From Eukaryota sp. TZLM1-RC (taxonomy: Eukaryota; Protista; Metamonada: BaSk clade), in assembly GCA_040285825.1 (NCBI GenBank), contig JAUPSS010000004.1, forward strand, positions 6,105,784 to 6,169,783: 64,000 nucleotides of DNA, written 5' to 3'. Under the pieces are notes generated by a model, which ran no database searches, was not told where the DNA came from, and saw only the letters and a program-made list of their open reading frames with translations. Shown here piece by piece: positions 11,201-23,500 of the stretch. Both the position numbers and the translations under genes were made by a program. Numbering within the stretch: position 1 is the first letter of the stretch; each line of letters begins with the position of its first letter.

Positions 11201-13410
11201 ACTTAATCAGAGTCAATAATCTTTCTGATACACTTTCCCAAATCACCAGTGAACGAGACTGTTTGGTTACCAAATTGTCTGCCTCACAAGAGCAAATTTC
11301 CCATCTGGAGCTTGACTTATCCTCAATACGCAACTCCTACACTGAATGTCTGTCTTACCTCTCCTCAGTTCTTCCTCTCGCTAGGAATAACTTGGAAGCA
11401 ATAGAAGCAGCTGGAGTTATTAATATCGAATCCCAGTTAGAAGATTGCTTCAATTCTGTGTATAATTGGGTAACTGAATCAATGGATCTTCTAGCAGAAG
11501 AGGCTTCTGGCTTGTTGGACACCTCGGTGCAGATTAGAAGGGATCGTCAAGAGCTCATTGAGACACGTGAAAAGTGTAATGCGGAAATTTCGTCATTGAA
11601 TTGTAAAATCTTGGGCTTGAAATCTGAAATTGAGCAATATGAAAGAAAAACAAAGAGTTTACAATTGAAAAATTCCACACTATCAGAAAAAATTGAATTA
11701 ATTCAAATTAATATCAACGAAGACAAGGAGTTGATGAATAGCACCATGAATTCTCAGATTAAATCGCTTTCTGATGAAGTTTCGTTATTAAAGAGGCAAA
11801 AGGATGGATTGGTCAAACAAGTTGAAATTTTAAAGTCTCAGAAAGAAGAGATCAATCATGATAAAGAACAGCTCATGACACGTGTTGAAGAGCAACAAGC
11901 ACAAGTATTGGATTTAGAGAGTCGTCATCAGGATGAAATAACCACAAAAGAACTTGAAGTCAGTGAGCTTAATGACAAAATTGCCCTTTTAGAAGAAGAA
12001 AAACAAAGCATTGAGTATCAAAGTCAACAAAAGATTGGACAGTTAAACTCTAAAATTTTAGAATTGCGTCAAGAGGTCGAATCAGGAAGGAGTTTCTCGG
12101 AAAGTCAAGCAAATTCTTTTAAAGAGTCTATTGAAACTTATAAGAAAAGAATTGATGATTTGGTTGGTGAGGTGACTGAAAGCCAACAATTGATTAAGCA
12201 ACTCAGGGATGATAATAATCAATCAAATAAACAGTTTAAAACTGAAATCAATCAGAAAAATGAAGAAATTCGCGGACTTTTGCATAAACTTGATTGTTCG
12301 GATCAATCAATCCGGCAGTTGGAAATGAGACTTTTAGAATCTGATTCCAATTCTGATACACTTTCTTCTCTTTCTGGACAGTATGCTAATCTCAATGAAA
12401 GATTTGCTGCATCAACCAAGCAAATTTCTCAATTGGAATCTGAGTGTCAATCGTATCGGAATAGAATCGATGAACTTGAAAGGATAAATGAGGAATTGAC
12501 CTCTAATTTGTGCACAATCCCAGTAGAATCTGCGGCGTCTAGTACTACTGAAATTTTGAAGGCTGAGTTGTCCGACACCCGCCAATCTTTGGAAAGAGCA
12601 CGTGATGAGATCAAGGTCTTGAAAAATCAGAAAAATGAACTTTATGATCAAAATTTGAGTCTCAACCAAAGTATTTCTAAACTTCAAACCAGAGATTCTG
12701 CTATGTGCTTTAATTTGGAAAGTGAAGTGGAAGAGTTGAGGTCTGAGTTGAATCATTTGAACCAAGAAAAAACCAATTTACTTGAGAAAAGTCAATCCTT
12801 GGAACAAACTATGCGTGTAAAAGAATTTGAAATTGAAAAATTGAATAATATTGTTGATGAAAAGGATTCGGAGTTATTATCAACTGTAGAGAGGTGTGAA
12901 TATTTGGAACAATCTCATTCACAATTTGTCAATGACACTAATTGTCAGGTTAATCAATTAGAGGAGAGTCATGCTTTTCTAACCGAGTCATTGGAAACTG
13001 ACCGGTCAATTTTGATTGATGATTTAAATCGTCAGATTTCCGAACTTCAAGATATTCAACGATTATTAGTTGATGAACTGAAAGAAGTCAAGTCAAAATA
13101 TTCTGAAAAAGATTTGAAAATTGAGGAATTAAATGGAACTATTGTTGCTTTGGAATCTAAGTTAAATGAATTTTCTCTTGTTTCTGCTGAAAATAACGTT
13201 TCAGGAAAAGCAGAAAATCAACATTCCATTTCCACTAATATGGAGACTTTCATCCAGAATCTCCACAAAATCCTTACCCAAACTAGGGATTTGGTGGGGT
13301 CGTTTGTGAGATCGTCTTCTTTTGAAATTATTGATATTAATCCTCAGTTGGAAACATTCTTGAAAGAACTTGAAAATATTATGACTGACTTGGATCAGAT
13401 TAGAAATTAA
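8224..13410 (+). CDS. Large coiled-coil protein (1728 aa) with Ser/Pro-rich N-terminus
   Basis: Long intronless ORF with E/K/Q/L heptad composition; no recognisable motor or ATPase head. Confidence 0.85.
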   Translation: MPPESEWRQLVGQFQDLLSKHNTPKEPTSSLTPSHSLKPKRPVPATTPLLFSEHSPYLSKTSTSTHEPRSYSSERLTKSALIEKEAELDQLVAQFQQHTSPSSHYPNPDSNEPPTITSPASQTSSPLLTLDHLASDIPPDLTNWKEEYDALQVEHDQVVARLEEVSSVAEELESKVNHYQQNEQDHLQTVAQLKTQVGDLTSELDRIKGEVDVKGVALSSVNEVKHSLEQEILQLRSNNEDNLSKKDAEINQLLERINGYEALLQEEKGNNLHQQAEFERNIDYLKEQIVALKVELKSKNRECDKVSRLLTSEEQKLVLARRELADVKETLRKSNEVSGQDAAEKQAEINRLAGELSQSRQENVDTKFTFENQIADLTSQLQVERALVAEEQNKCGLLRLEIGDLQGIIDEKDQALSEKETEYKNKSGVFDGVINALKEEISKFKQRESELVAQNEELNNEIATIKSELNSVKLTSSSREAVLLKEKSDLEMIFSQKNTEIADLTSLIESLKSNHQQELNSLNESITPIKEENIALESRISELSKENVAKSQTLATAKATLSARVFELEQSNNELIYQVKQKDTDLSELTSRFTDTMEHLEEVELNSESLAVEKNRLESDLARVEEQLSQLYADFDKFEAEKTSENSELSNQVEKLKSELEALNNSFGIAEASAESLSEQLSNVTREYHEEMKAKNLKIKDLTDMSDELRREKVDLSTALEEKCQELDAERNEKEEQINSLQLEVEQKQSNLETVSDQLSHEISELKAVIEEKDLDLSELTSSLSMNENLVDELKMQISTLQAQLKSKSESFEEEVAAKAFEVQHLKGIVSELRESSHEISKDKDHLRTELCSKLDDANTEISLLKHKIDVFSSEKEDLELELQRLMEENQNNQYQNTLEIAAITDEKLNLIAELDDCKHKLQEILDSNTSKLTNCQSINEELSQAVEYYKQEVFNSQSVESELSARVSQLEQQLDDVMRRHQDEINQIKDQNLIRVNNLSDTLSQITSERDCLVTKLSASQEQISHLELDLSSIRNSYTECLSYLSSVLPLARNNLEAIEAAGVINIESQLEDCFNSVYNWVTESMDLLAEEASGLLDTSVQIRRDRQELIETREKCNAEISSLNCKILGLKSEIEQYERKTKSLQLKNSTLSEKIELIQININEDKELMNSTMNSQIKSLSDEVSLLKRQKDGLVKQVEILKSQKEEINHDKEQLMTRVEEQQAQVLDLESRHQDEITTKELEVSELNDKIALLEEEKQSIEYQSQQKIGQLNSKILELRQEVESGRSFSESQANSFKESIETYKKRIDDLVGEVTESQQLIKQLRDDNNQSNKQFKTEINQKNEEIRGLLHKLDCSDQSIRQLEMRLLESDSNSDTLSSLSGQYANLNERFAASTKQISQLESECQSYRNRIDELERINEELTSNLCTIPVESAASSTTEILKAELSDTRQSLERARDEIKVLKNQKNELYDQNLSLNQSISKLQTRDSAMCFNLESEVEELRSELNHLNQEKTNLLEKSQSLEQTMRVKEFEIEKLNNIVDEKDSELLSTVERCEYLEQSHSQFVNDTNCQVNQLEESHAFLTESLETDRSILIDDLNRQISELQDIQRLLVDELKEVKSKYSEKDLKIEELNGTIVALESKLNEFSLVSAENNVSGKAENQHSISTNMETFIQNLHKILTQTRDLVGSFVRSSSFEIIDINPQLETFLKELENIMTDLDQIRN

Positions 13411-13489
13411 TTAATATTTATAATGGATTTTGTATTTTTATAATGTATAAATAAATTTGATTTATTATTATTGTTTGATTTTAGTTTGA

Positions 13490-14390
13490 ACAATCCTTTG
13501 AATAACTTTTTTGCCTTGATATGGAAAATAATTAAACTTAACTTTTCATGTCAATGAACTCAAAGTTTTCGATTAAACCAGTTTTATCATTTTTGGAAAA
13601 GGTTATGGGTAATTCCTTTGAATTACCCTTTGCTTATTGAAGTAAGTTTATCTATTTGTTTTGAATCGATGCAACAATCCGTGATTGAATGGTTCAACCA
13701 ATTTTTTTGTATATGATAAAACTCACAAAATGCAAATATATTCAAATGGTATTTTACATACTGTTGGGTTGACAATTTGGACAAAGGTTCATTGTATTTT
13801 TTGATTTGGAAACTTTCAGCATTTGAAAGAGGATTATGAATTTCAGAATTAGCAACCCTTTCATTTGAGACATTACATGGATCAACAGACATTACATCCA
13901 TCAAAATGAAGGTTCCATCATTTCCAGGTAATATGACATCACCTCAATTTTTCTTATGAAAATCATCTTCAGCATCAAACAGACTTGACAACGGAGGTTC
14001 CAGAACAGATTCAATTCTATGAGACGTACACATACAATTCAATTGGTCTCTCACAACATCGTGAACAATGCTTTTAAAAATTATAAAATGTTTGCAATTC
14101 AACAAATGATTAATTGTAATTTCTTGACAACAATTACACATTAAATTAAGAGGTAAATTATCAGGCCAGATAAAGGACCAAAGTCTCATCTTCAAAGTTC
14201 AAGCAGGTTGAGTTAGCAGAGTGCCATAATTTTTTGGAATTGATTGTTACTGAAGAAAGATTTGCAGAAGCGAAAATTTTTTTCTAAGCCAAGGCAAGTT
14301 TTTCATAAAAATCAAGCTTTCAAAATCTTACAATTTTGACTGAAGTTTTTTGCAGCAAAACTGTATATAAAAAAGTGGTTGGATAGGAAT
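13490..14390 (-). mobile_element. Decayed RLE non-LTR retrotransposon fragment (family B)
   Basis: MRLWSFIWP, CNCCQEITINHLLNCKH, HDVVRDQL, EP, DVMSVD and PLSNAE..IKKY in broken frames. Confidence 0.8.
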
Positions 14391-14531
14391 TTCTTGAACT
14401 AATTGGGGAAAACATTTGCTCCATATTTGGGGCGGCAATCGTTCAAGTTCAGAAGATAACTCAAGGAGGTATTTGGATCTACCAAATCAGGGAATCCAAG
14501 ACACTTTTCCAAATATACAACATCCTTCATA

Positions 14532-17054
14532 ATGTCATCTGGACCGTGGAAACGCCAGGTGTCCACTGTGACAAGCCCCTCAGAACGCTTTGGACATGTT
14601 TCTATTCCCATCTCTGAGTATCTTCTTGTTTTTGGTGGAATCTCTCGCCGTTCATCATACCGCCAAGACACCTACATCTTTGACACCACTGCTGGACAAT
14701 GGTCGATGGTAGACAAACACTCATCCATTCCTGAACCACGTTATCGTTCTGCTGGTGCGTCTTGTGGCATGGTTGCCTTCATTTTCGGAGGTCTTTCATC
14801 TAAAATGCAAGAACTGAACGACATGTGGTCATTTGATCTCACCAAGCAAGTTTGGACTCCCATAACACCTACCAACCGTGGTCCCTCTCCTCGCTATGGT
14901 CATAGCATGGTATCCCTTGGTTCCAAACTTTACGTATTTGGTGGTGTGAAACAACGCCGACCTACACACTTTTACAACGATCTATGGGTTTTTGACACTG
15001 TTTCCCATGAATGGTCCCTTCTCTCCGGTGATAGCTCTTCTTCTTCTCTTCCAGAAGGCCGCTATGGGCACATCATGGATTACGTACCGGCCATTGAGGC
15101 TTTCTTTTTGTTTGGTGGTACAGCAAAGGAAGGCAAACGACTGAACGATGGTTGGGTCTTTTCTCCTCTCTCTAACTCTTTCCACAAGTACGCTTTTGCC
15201 ACAAACTTTCCCGCTCCGCCCTCACTTACTCATTCCTCAGCAGCAACCATCTCCAACGATGCTCTCCTTGTTATGGGAGGACAGAGCTCCCGTGGGCCCT
15301 GTATCTCTACATTTGTCCTTTTATTCCAGCCAAAATTACCAGTTATTAAGTGTGAATGTATCGATGGAGACTGGAACGACCACACCTTATTTCAAGCCCC
15401 CTGTGAGCGTTTCCTTCATACTTTGGATGTCACTATGCTTTGCAGAAGTAACGAAACCGAGGAAGAACCAAGGTTTCTGTGTCTGTTTGGTGGAACCCCC
15501 GATGGAACTACTGCTAATGATGAGCTTTGGATTATAGAATTGAACCCTTTTTGTCATCAGCTAGGATTAATTGAACAGGTTCCTAATTCACCATTAGCAG
15601 ATAGCCAAGAATTAGACTTTAGCGAAAATAACGTCGAAACTTCCCAAACCACACAGAATGAGCCTTCTTCTCCCCTAGCTGATGTTTTGGCGGGTTACTT
15701 TAGATCGCACTGTTCTATTAGAGATGTTGCTTTAGTTTTAGGTAGAGAAATAGACCACAAAGTTGATCAAAAAATTGGAAGAATTGCTGAGGAACATAGC
15801 AAGAGAGAAGCCGAAGAAAGTGCCATTTTGGCTGTCATTAAGGAAGTGTCCGAAGAAGTCGAGATGGTCAAGAAAAGTCTTGATTTGACACGTAGCAGGC
15901 TCAATCATAATCAAGAAGAATTGGCACAGAGGGTTAAAAATGAAAAAAATTTGACTGTCAGAGTGGACTCTGTTGAAAGCTCTAGCACTGAGATTCATAC
16001 TGAATTATACAAGCTTTTGTCCCAAATTCAAGATGGAATTAAAGAAAATGAATCTAAAAATGAACAATCACATCAAGAATTATTAAATAATTGTAAGGAA
16101 CAAATTAATTCTTCCATTGAACACTTGGTTTCTTCAATTCAATCATTAGATACTTCTTTTTCTGATAGTTTGAATCGGCGTGCGAAGTTGATGGAAGATG
16201 CTATTAAAAATGGAGATGAGGCCGCAAAGGAAGAAATCAAGGAAGTATTTGATAGAGTTTCGTTTTTGGAAAGTAAAGTCGATGAGGGTCTCGAGGGGGT
16301 TAAAAAGGAAACAGATGATGTGATGAAGGTCGCTGATGAGAGGTTGATTAAGGTTGATTGCGAGCTTTCCGGTTTAGGTAACAAAGTTAATGCTAATGCT
16401 GAAGCTATGGGATCACTTGAGTCTGAATTAAATGAAAGAATTGATCATTTGAGCGATGGAAATTCCAAAAATTCAACATTGATCAATGAAATGCAAAAAG
16501 AAATGGCCAAAATGAAAGAGGAATTTGAAAAACGTTTAGAAAATCAAGTTCAGGAAGTGAAAGATTCTCTAGAGGCCAAATTCACTGAAGAAAATAGAAG
16601 ACTTTTGTCGCAAATTGATGAAAAGATTGAAGAAAATAACAGATTAAGAGTAGAATTGAGTGAATCAATTAACCAAGAATTAAGTCTAGTTAAGAAAACA
16701 TTTGATTATACTGAATCTATAGAAGCTTTGTATAGTGAAATCAGTAAAATCAAAAATTCAATCACTGCGTTGACTAACGACGACTCTTTCAATGAAGTGA
16801 ACAAAATTTCGACTTCTAATCTGGTTGACAAAATCAGGTCTGTTCGAAATGAATTATTTACTGAATCTCAACAGTTACAGACGAGAGTTGAACAAGTTGA
16901 GCACGTTTTGGAGTCCATGAAGGGAGAATTCAAGAGTTCTGTTGGAAGCATTGGTTCTGTTGAGAGCGAATTGAGAGAATCAATTGAGAATATTGAGGAT
17001 GATTTAACAAGAATTAAAGTTGGCGTTGTGTCTCTTGGTTTAGACTTAGAATAG
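14532..17054 (+). CDS. Kelch-repeat beta-propeller protein with long C-terminal coiled coil
   Basis: Six Kelch blades (PSERFGH..LLVFGG; PSPRYGHS..LYVFGG..NDLWVFD and similar), then ~450 aa of coiled coil. Confidence 0.9.
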   Translation: MSSGPWKRQVSTVTSPSERFGHVSIPISEYLLVFGGISRRSSYRQDTYIFDTTAGQWSMVDKHSSIPEPRYRSAGASCGMVAFIFGGLSSKMQELNDMWSFDLTKQVWTPITPTNRGPSPRYGHSMVSLGSKLYVFGGVKQRRPTHFYNDLWVFDTVSHEWSLLSGDSSSSSLPEGRYGHIMDYVPAIEAFFLFGGTAKEGKRLNDGWVFSPLSNSFHKYAFATNFPAPPSLTHSSAATISNDALLVMGGQSSRGPCISTFVLLFQPKLPVIKCECIDGDWNDHTLFQAPCERFLHTLDVTMLCRSNETEEEPRFLCLFGGTPDGTTANDELWIIELNPFCHQLGLIEQVPNSPLADSQELDFSENNVETSQTTQNEPSSPLADVLAGYFRSHCSIRDVALVLGREIDHKVDQKIGRIAEEHSKREAEESAILAVIKEVSEEVEMVKKSLDLTRSRLNHNQEELAQRVKNEKNLTVRVDSVESSSTEIHTELYKLLSQIQDGIKENESKNEQSHQELLNNCKEQINSSIEHLVSSIQSLDTSFSDSLNRRAKLMEDAIKNGDEAAKEEIKEVFDRVSFLESKVDEGLEGVKKETDDVMKVADERLIKVDCELSGLGNKVNANAEAMGSLESELNERIDHLSDGNSKNSTLINEMQKEMAKMKEEFEKRLENQVQEVKDSLEAKFTEENRRLLSQIDEKIEENNRLRVELSESINQELSLVKKTFDYTESIEALYSEISKIKNSITALTNDDSFNEVNKISTSNLVDKIRSVRNELFTESQQLQTRVEQVEHVLESMKGEFKSSVGSIGSVESELRESIENIEDDLTRIKVGVVSLGLDLE

Positions 17055-17139
17055 TTGTAATAATAAATTGTTTTATCAGATTGGTAACTAAAAAAGTACT
17101 TGTTTCTCTATCCATGCTATTACTCAATAAAAAACTTTC

Positions 17140-17305
17140 TATTAATCTAAACTTTACTCGAAGTTTTGGTTTGTTTTTTGTTGCCTTCTCGATTTTTGGC
17201 AACATTGGGCAGTTTGCCTTGAAGTTGTATAATGATTCATCAAGAGTTGGTGTGGAGAATTTTGTTTCTTATGTGTTTTAATTTGTTTTGTTTTGTTTCT
17301 TCGTA
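17140..17305 (+). mobile_element. Internally deleted 3' fragment of RLE non-LTR family C
   Basis: AFSIFGNIGQ...DSSRVGVENFVSYV matches the reverse complement of 19640-19920, with roughly 130 bp deleted. Confidence 0.75.
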
Positions 17306-17309
17306 ATAA

Positions 17310-19590
17310 TATGCTCTAAACTTTCTTTTTCACTAACCTTGGTTGGTCTGTAATGGTGATGAAAATGAGAGTTTGGAATTGTATACATTTTCAACACACT
17401 AACCCAATAGACGCCACATTCACTATTTTCACAGTGCAGTAGTCCATGGCATGGGACTAGTTTAAGCTTATCCTTTATTACATTCATTAACAGATATTGT
17501 TTGAGTTCTTGAATTTTGTTTTCACGAGTTAGAATCAGAATCACAATTTGCATTTGAATCTTTAACATCACATTGAGCTTTCCCCTCTCCATTGTTAATA
17601 TAACTCAGCAACCGAAAAATATTGATATTTTATTTATTGTATATTTTTTCTTTCGACAATAAATATATTGTTGATGCAAATATTTTATTGTATTGGTGGA
17701 GTATTGTGGGATTCAACAATAAATACACAATACATAAGTTGGATTCAATTTGTTAAAAAAACCAGAAACAATGGAACAGATCAATCCTCACCATGACTCA
17801 ATTATCTTTAGTGCCATTATTGGCTTTTCTTGACATGATCAATTCAACTGTCTTTTGATCCCAACAATGTTTGTTATAGTACAAAAACAGCTGCTTTTCC
17901 AAACTGTCTGAAGTCAAGTTCGGACGATCTGCTATTGTCATTTTAGCTCTACTAAACAACCTTTCTACGTCGTTACTGGTCATGCAAAGACAGCCACCTT
18001 GTTACGTTTCTTTTGCGGGGTTTCAGTGAGGTACGTGTTCTTAAAACCATTGATCGTTTAACTGTACGAAGATGCTTGAAAACGGTGTCAATTTTTTTAA
18101 ATCCTCTGTAACACCATGTTCCAGTGCTTTAACTTCAAGAGAAAATCGATGTGATGCACAGCCAATTAACGGCAGACCTAATCTGGATGCAAGACATCTG
18201 TTGGTCTCACAATTGTCACCCACTATAAACCACAAGTCATCAATGGAGCGCCCAAAATCAGACAAAATAGTTTCGATGACATGTAGATGATCCGCAGCAC
18301 CCAAAAGTGTTTGACCACTGTAGGGGTTGTCTTCACCAAATTCAATATCTGTTTCAAAAGGAACAATACCAAGGAGAAGAGGAACTTTCATTTCAGGATA
18401 CACCATAAAAATAACAACGAACTCTACTCCAGAGCTTCTTTCAAGCCATCCATCCAACACGAGTCCAAACTTGTCAGAAATTTGTGTTGAAACAGTCTTA
18501 GCAACCTCATTGTACAGAAGTCTAAAATACTTTCGGAGGGTAGGTTCTGAAATTGAGGAAAGAGAGATGTAGTGTTGAAGGGTCTGGTCGTTGACAAAAG
18601 AGAAAGGTCGTTGACCGTTGATGAGGAGTTCGAGCCATCCAAACATGTTTTCGACCTTTCCAACTGTTGGTTGGAAAAGGAAACGGTCGAGTGGCCCTTT
18701 AGCTCTAGTGGATGTGAGCGACTCATCAATAGGAGAATGATGAGCAAGGACATGAGAGGCAGCATTACGGTAACCATGTTTGGAGGAGATCCATTGTATA
18801 TGATCATCGCATTTGATACACTTGTAAGGAGTTCTTGCGGTACTATATTCGGGATGGTCTGTAGGTGGACTAATATCCTTGGAATCCAATTTTGTGAAGT
18901 AGAATAGGACAATCTGTTTGTCTGTAACCTTAGTCATACAGAAGAGAGATAATGAAATGGATGAAATGGTAAACCTTCTAGTTCATCAGATATTGATATT
19001 TATTGCAATAATTGAGTTATTGTCCGGACTAACAATAAATATATTGTGTGTTTCAGCATAAACAATACAATAACAATATGACAATATATTTTATTGCTAA
19101 AATACAATATATTTTTTCTGCTTGCTGATATAACTCCATTGTTTTGGACCCAAGCAACACATCTTTTACTGGTACGTTACTCACCTACCAAGTACACTTT
19201 GATACCAGCTTTTCTCAGAATTCTCAGACCAACACCCCTGATGGTGCGTGTTGTTCATTTTTGATTGCTTTTGGTATCCCAAACCCTTGATAATTGACAA
19301 TATTATGTACATCATCATTTAATTTTTCTTTCAACCTAACTCTTTTTGTGACCATTTACACTCACACTTTTGTATATATAATTTTGAATATATATATATT
19401 AAAAATAGGTTTTTGATACAGGGGACAGAGCAATTCAAAGTGAAGAGATTTCGTTTGACTTTGATGAACTCTTTGAATTGGTGTGAGAGTTGATTATATA
19501 ATTACTGTTTCTTGATTCTTTTTATGCTTTAGTTATCAAACTCAAATTTCTTTTCTATTGAGCAGTATCGATGGTTTGGGTTTCGTGAAT
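17310..19590 (-). pseudogene. Fanzor (TnpB-like) remnant, family C, split by a hAT insertion
   Basis: 19590-19136 encodes FKEFIKVK..LYQKPIF and RGVGLRILRKAGIKVYLVGE*RTSKRC (RuvC-II region). Across the TSD, 17597-17310 continues with CHGLLHCENSECGVYW..RP (Zn finger; the RuvC-III RD is deleted). Confidence 0.75.
17606..19127 (-). mobile_element. hAT DNA transposon, non-autonomous deletion derivative, with imperfect TIRs and 8-bp TSD ATATAACT
   Basis: TSD at 17598-17605 and 19128-19135. Termini CAGCAA..GAAAAA and TTTTTTCTGCTTGCTG, with subterminal ACAATA/TATTGT repeats. Transposase 18937-17798 has a BED finger, LDGW, GDN, CASH, and TRW joined almost directly to TSNDVERLFS. Confidence 0.92.
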
Positions 19591-19609
19591 TAAAATTATT
19601 ATTTAATTA

Positions 19610-20370
19610 TTAGTAAAAAAAATAAAATATTTTATTCTACGAAGAAACAAAACAAATCAGACTACAGCACATAAGAAACAAAATTCTCCACGCAAACCCT
19701 TGATGAATCCTTATGCAGCTTGGACATCATTAAATTTAAGTATTTGGGAACACTTCTGTACAAAGCAAAATTGATACGATTCTTCCATAAATTCCCTGCA
19801 AAATTCTTTCCACTTGAACGACATAAATTATCAAAATCATTGAGAAAATTCAAATCAGACTGTCCAATGTTGCCAAAAATCGAGAAGGCAAAAGGAACAA
19901 ACGAAAACTTCGAGTAAAGATTCTTATTTAAATCATTTAGTATCTCAGTATATTTGTCTCTTTTACGATCCTGAGCTTTGTTTAAATGACCATTAGAACT
20001 AACTAAACCATCATCGCGATAAATAAAAGCAAAGGGATCAACTGTAGTAAAATCAACAACAACTTGAGAGGAATCCACAAAAGGAGCAATTATATCACCT
20101 CGACGTGAATTGAACAGATTATTATCCCTATAATGCTTCAAAAACGGTTCTACTTTGCAACTAAAATTGTAACACTTGAACATCTCATATGTCACATCAC
20201 GAACGGCATTATGAAGAAACTGACCGATATTGAAGAAATTTCTTACAACATACAATATGACGGAAATTGACAGTCGGTTTTTCGTTACAAATACAAAAAG
20301 AATTATCCAAAAGTCCACTTGGATACAGCCCTAATCTCAAACGCATGTTTTGTTTCCAAGCTTCATTTGT
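19610..20370 (-). mobile_element. 5'-truncated RLE non-LTR retrotransposon (family C)
   Basis: HNAVRD, EPFL, RRGDI, VVVDFTTVD, AQDRKRDKY and FVPFAFSIFG motifs. Confidence 0.85.
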
Positions 20371-20593
20371 TAATTATTAGTTATTATTTATTTATTTAAA
20401 AAGAATTATTGCAAAAAGGAAAGCAAAATATGCATGAAACAAGAAATAATCTCTTTTAATATAAGCAATACAATACTTCAATACCAAAGTAATAAATTAA
20501 CAAAATTGTAAAACTTTTTTTTATTATTTTTTTGTTATTATTTATAGTAAAGTAGAAGAAAATTTGAACACTCAAAATAGAAATTATGTACAC

Positions 20594-23500
20594 TTAGGCA
20601 AAATAAACATGTTTGGTTAACACAAAACAGGAAACAAACGTTCCAATAAAAGACAAAATGGTGTTATGTAGCCCGCTGAAAAGGCACAATGTAAAAAACA
20701 TTAAACATTGTATAATAAAATAAAAAATGACTGGAATTTTTGAAATAGATAAAAGGAACAAAAAGGCAAAAACCGACTTAACTTGATCAGCTTTGTAAAG
20801 AGGGATAATCAAGAAAATCAACGAAAAAAAGGTTATTAGTAGGAGAAAGAATTCTAGGTCGAAGTGAAAACTCGAAAATTTGGTAAACATTCCTAAATAG
20901 CAAGAAATGATAGTTATGAAACCAAAATAAGACTTGGAAAAGCTGAATTGAAAGATCAAAAAACCAGTGCATATTTTGTACAAAATAAAATAAAACAATG
21001 AAGGCAAAACAAAACTAAAAGAATTCCCAAACAAAGAAATTGCAAAGGAAAATGGGAAAGTGACTGAAACTGGACTGTCAGTAATTACCAGCGAAACTAC
21101 CATTACAACAAGCAAAGGACAGAAGGTCTGGCCCTTGGACTGAATAAGCTTTGTGGCAGCTTTTTTATCCAGTGAAGGAATTAAGTACTTAGCCTTGATT
21201 TTACGATATTGTTGATAGCACAATTTTAAATAATGTTGGCTAACTAACAGAAGCAGAATTAAAATAATATTGCAAGATATAGCAAGAAAAATTTCAAACC
21301 CACTTGTTCCAATACAAACAAACCCATACCTTTTGGTTCCTTCAATACATTCAGTACAATCAATTCCTTTTGTATTAAATCGACATTGGTTATTTCTACA
21401 TGAATACCTATAAGGACACGATATTGATCCTGTTTCGAGGGTAAACTTATAACCATTTGAAACACTTGCCAACTCACCATATTTACAAGTACTGAATTTT
21501 GGGCACTTAATACAACCTTTTCCATCATCAAACTGAGATTTTGGACAAACACATTCAGTACTATTTGAAGAACCAATTGATTTGGTGATTTTACCTATTG
21601 GGCAATTGATACATTCGCCTACCAGAGGATTATCCAAATAATAACCCAATTGACAAGGTTCACATTCCCCTACAGAACCTAAAACAGTTCCTGGCTTACA
21701 ATGACATTCGTTATTCAGGTTCATCCTAGTTGAATCACAGTCGTTTAAGGTAAACAAAACAGAAGCAAAAGCTGAATTGTAGTTGAAAATTACATCGTAT
21801 TCTACCAAGGGAATGCCAGAAATTTCTAAATATGATTGATTCTTAGAATATAGAGATGTCATAAACTCAGAATTTGAATGTAAAGATAAATCAAAAAGTT
21901 CAAGCGTTGTTGTAAAATTTGAAAGATGTTGTTGACTCAATAACGATGAAGATAGTTTAAATAAAGTGCAGCTGCTGAGAAATAAATTTCTTCTGGAACA
22001 ATCATGTGAATCAATGGTTTGAATGATTAATATAGATTTTAATTCTTGCCAAAGATCAAAAAAGAGTGTTGTCACAAAACTTCCAATTGAAAAAGTTATG
22101 GATTGAGTTCCAAAATGTGAAAACAAAAGATGAAATTTCAATGAATTAGAAGAAACTACTTCAAAATATTGATAATTAAAACTGGTCGCAATCATTGTCA
22201 CATTTGAGACATTACAATTAACCAAAAATCCATTCAGATCAAAACAATTAAATTCAAGAATAAAAGAATTTAAATTTGTCAAAATAGTTGAATTTATTAG
22301 CTGTATTGCTGATACTGCAGTAGGGTACACCATTCTTGTTAAATCAGTGGTTGGATAATAACAATCATTTGAACTAAATGAATAAGAAACCTGAAGAGGA
22401 CCATCAAGGATGGAATCAATCAGATTTGATTGAATAATTGGGAAAAAAGAGTGGAAATTGGGCGACTCAAAACCATTAAAAGAGTACAACCCATCAACCT
22501 CAAGGAAAGTACCACTTGAAGTAACCCCAACAAAGTCGTTAACTGGATGCAAACAACTGAATGTCTTATATCCATAGACTTCAATTTCAAAAATTTCAAC
22601 TGGGGCTAATGATGCTAAAGTGATTTGGGTAATATTTTGTAAATTGAACTCAATACTACACATTAAAGCATCGTCAAAACCATTCAATAGTGATTCACAA
22701 ATCCAAAACTCATTGGTGGTATTACCAAGCCTAATTGGTAATGATGGAGAAGTCAAATTACTAATAGTAATCGGAGAGCTGAGTGTCTCACCTGTGCAAG
22801 AAGAATTGGTAGTGATCATGAGTGAAATCACATCATAACTGCCATCAAATTTGATGGAAAAATATTGACCAGAGTTTAACAAAACAAAACAATCATCATT
22901 TGAACAGCATCGATGTTGGTCAAATAATTGAGGTAGATATGATTTGGAATAATGTAGACCATATACTTGGAAATTTTGAATTAAAGAGACATGATCTGAA
23001 ACAAAGCAACGATCTACAAAGAAAGGTTCTACAGCAAGGTCAATTGTCGTTATAAGGAGATCAATGTAATAGATTTCGACAGTGACAGAATTTTGGTAGC
23101 TGGACGCCAAAATTTGGGGACATTCAAAAACATTATTGGTAATATGGGCTTGTCGGTGTAAGTCATGTAACTGACAGTAAATGGGATCAGGTAAGTTGAC
23201 ATTGCCAGTAAACAGCAGATTTCTGGGCTCAAAAACAGAAACCGTAGAGTTTGAGAAGAGATCAATATTGAAAAATTTGAGTTGTTCAACATTGAGGTGT
23301 CCAAAATTTGACGAAACCCAAATAAGGTCACCAAAATATATTGGATATCGAAGGTAAAGCATTGGTAAATTCAAATCAATGGAAAGATGTTGATTACAAA
23401 AATTATTGGTAGAAGTGTCTGAAATTTTGGAGAAGCTTAAGTGTAAACCACCAATAGCAAAATCATAATCATCAATGCAAGGAGTGTCATAACCGATGGA

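Noticed and set aside
17606-19127. hAT as the transposase that mobilises the Fanzor
   Set aside because: It has its own TIRs and TSD and interrupts the Fanzor coding sequence.
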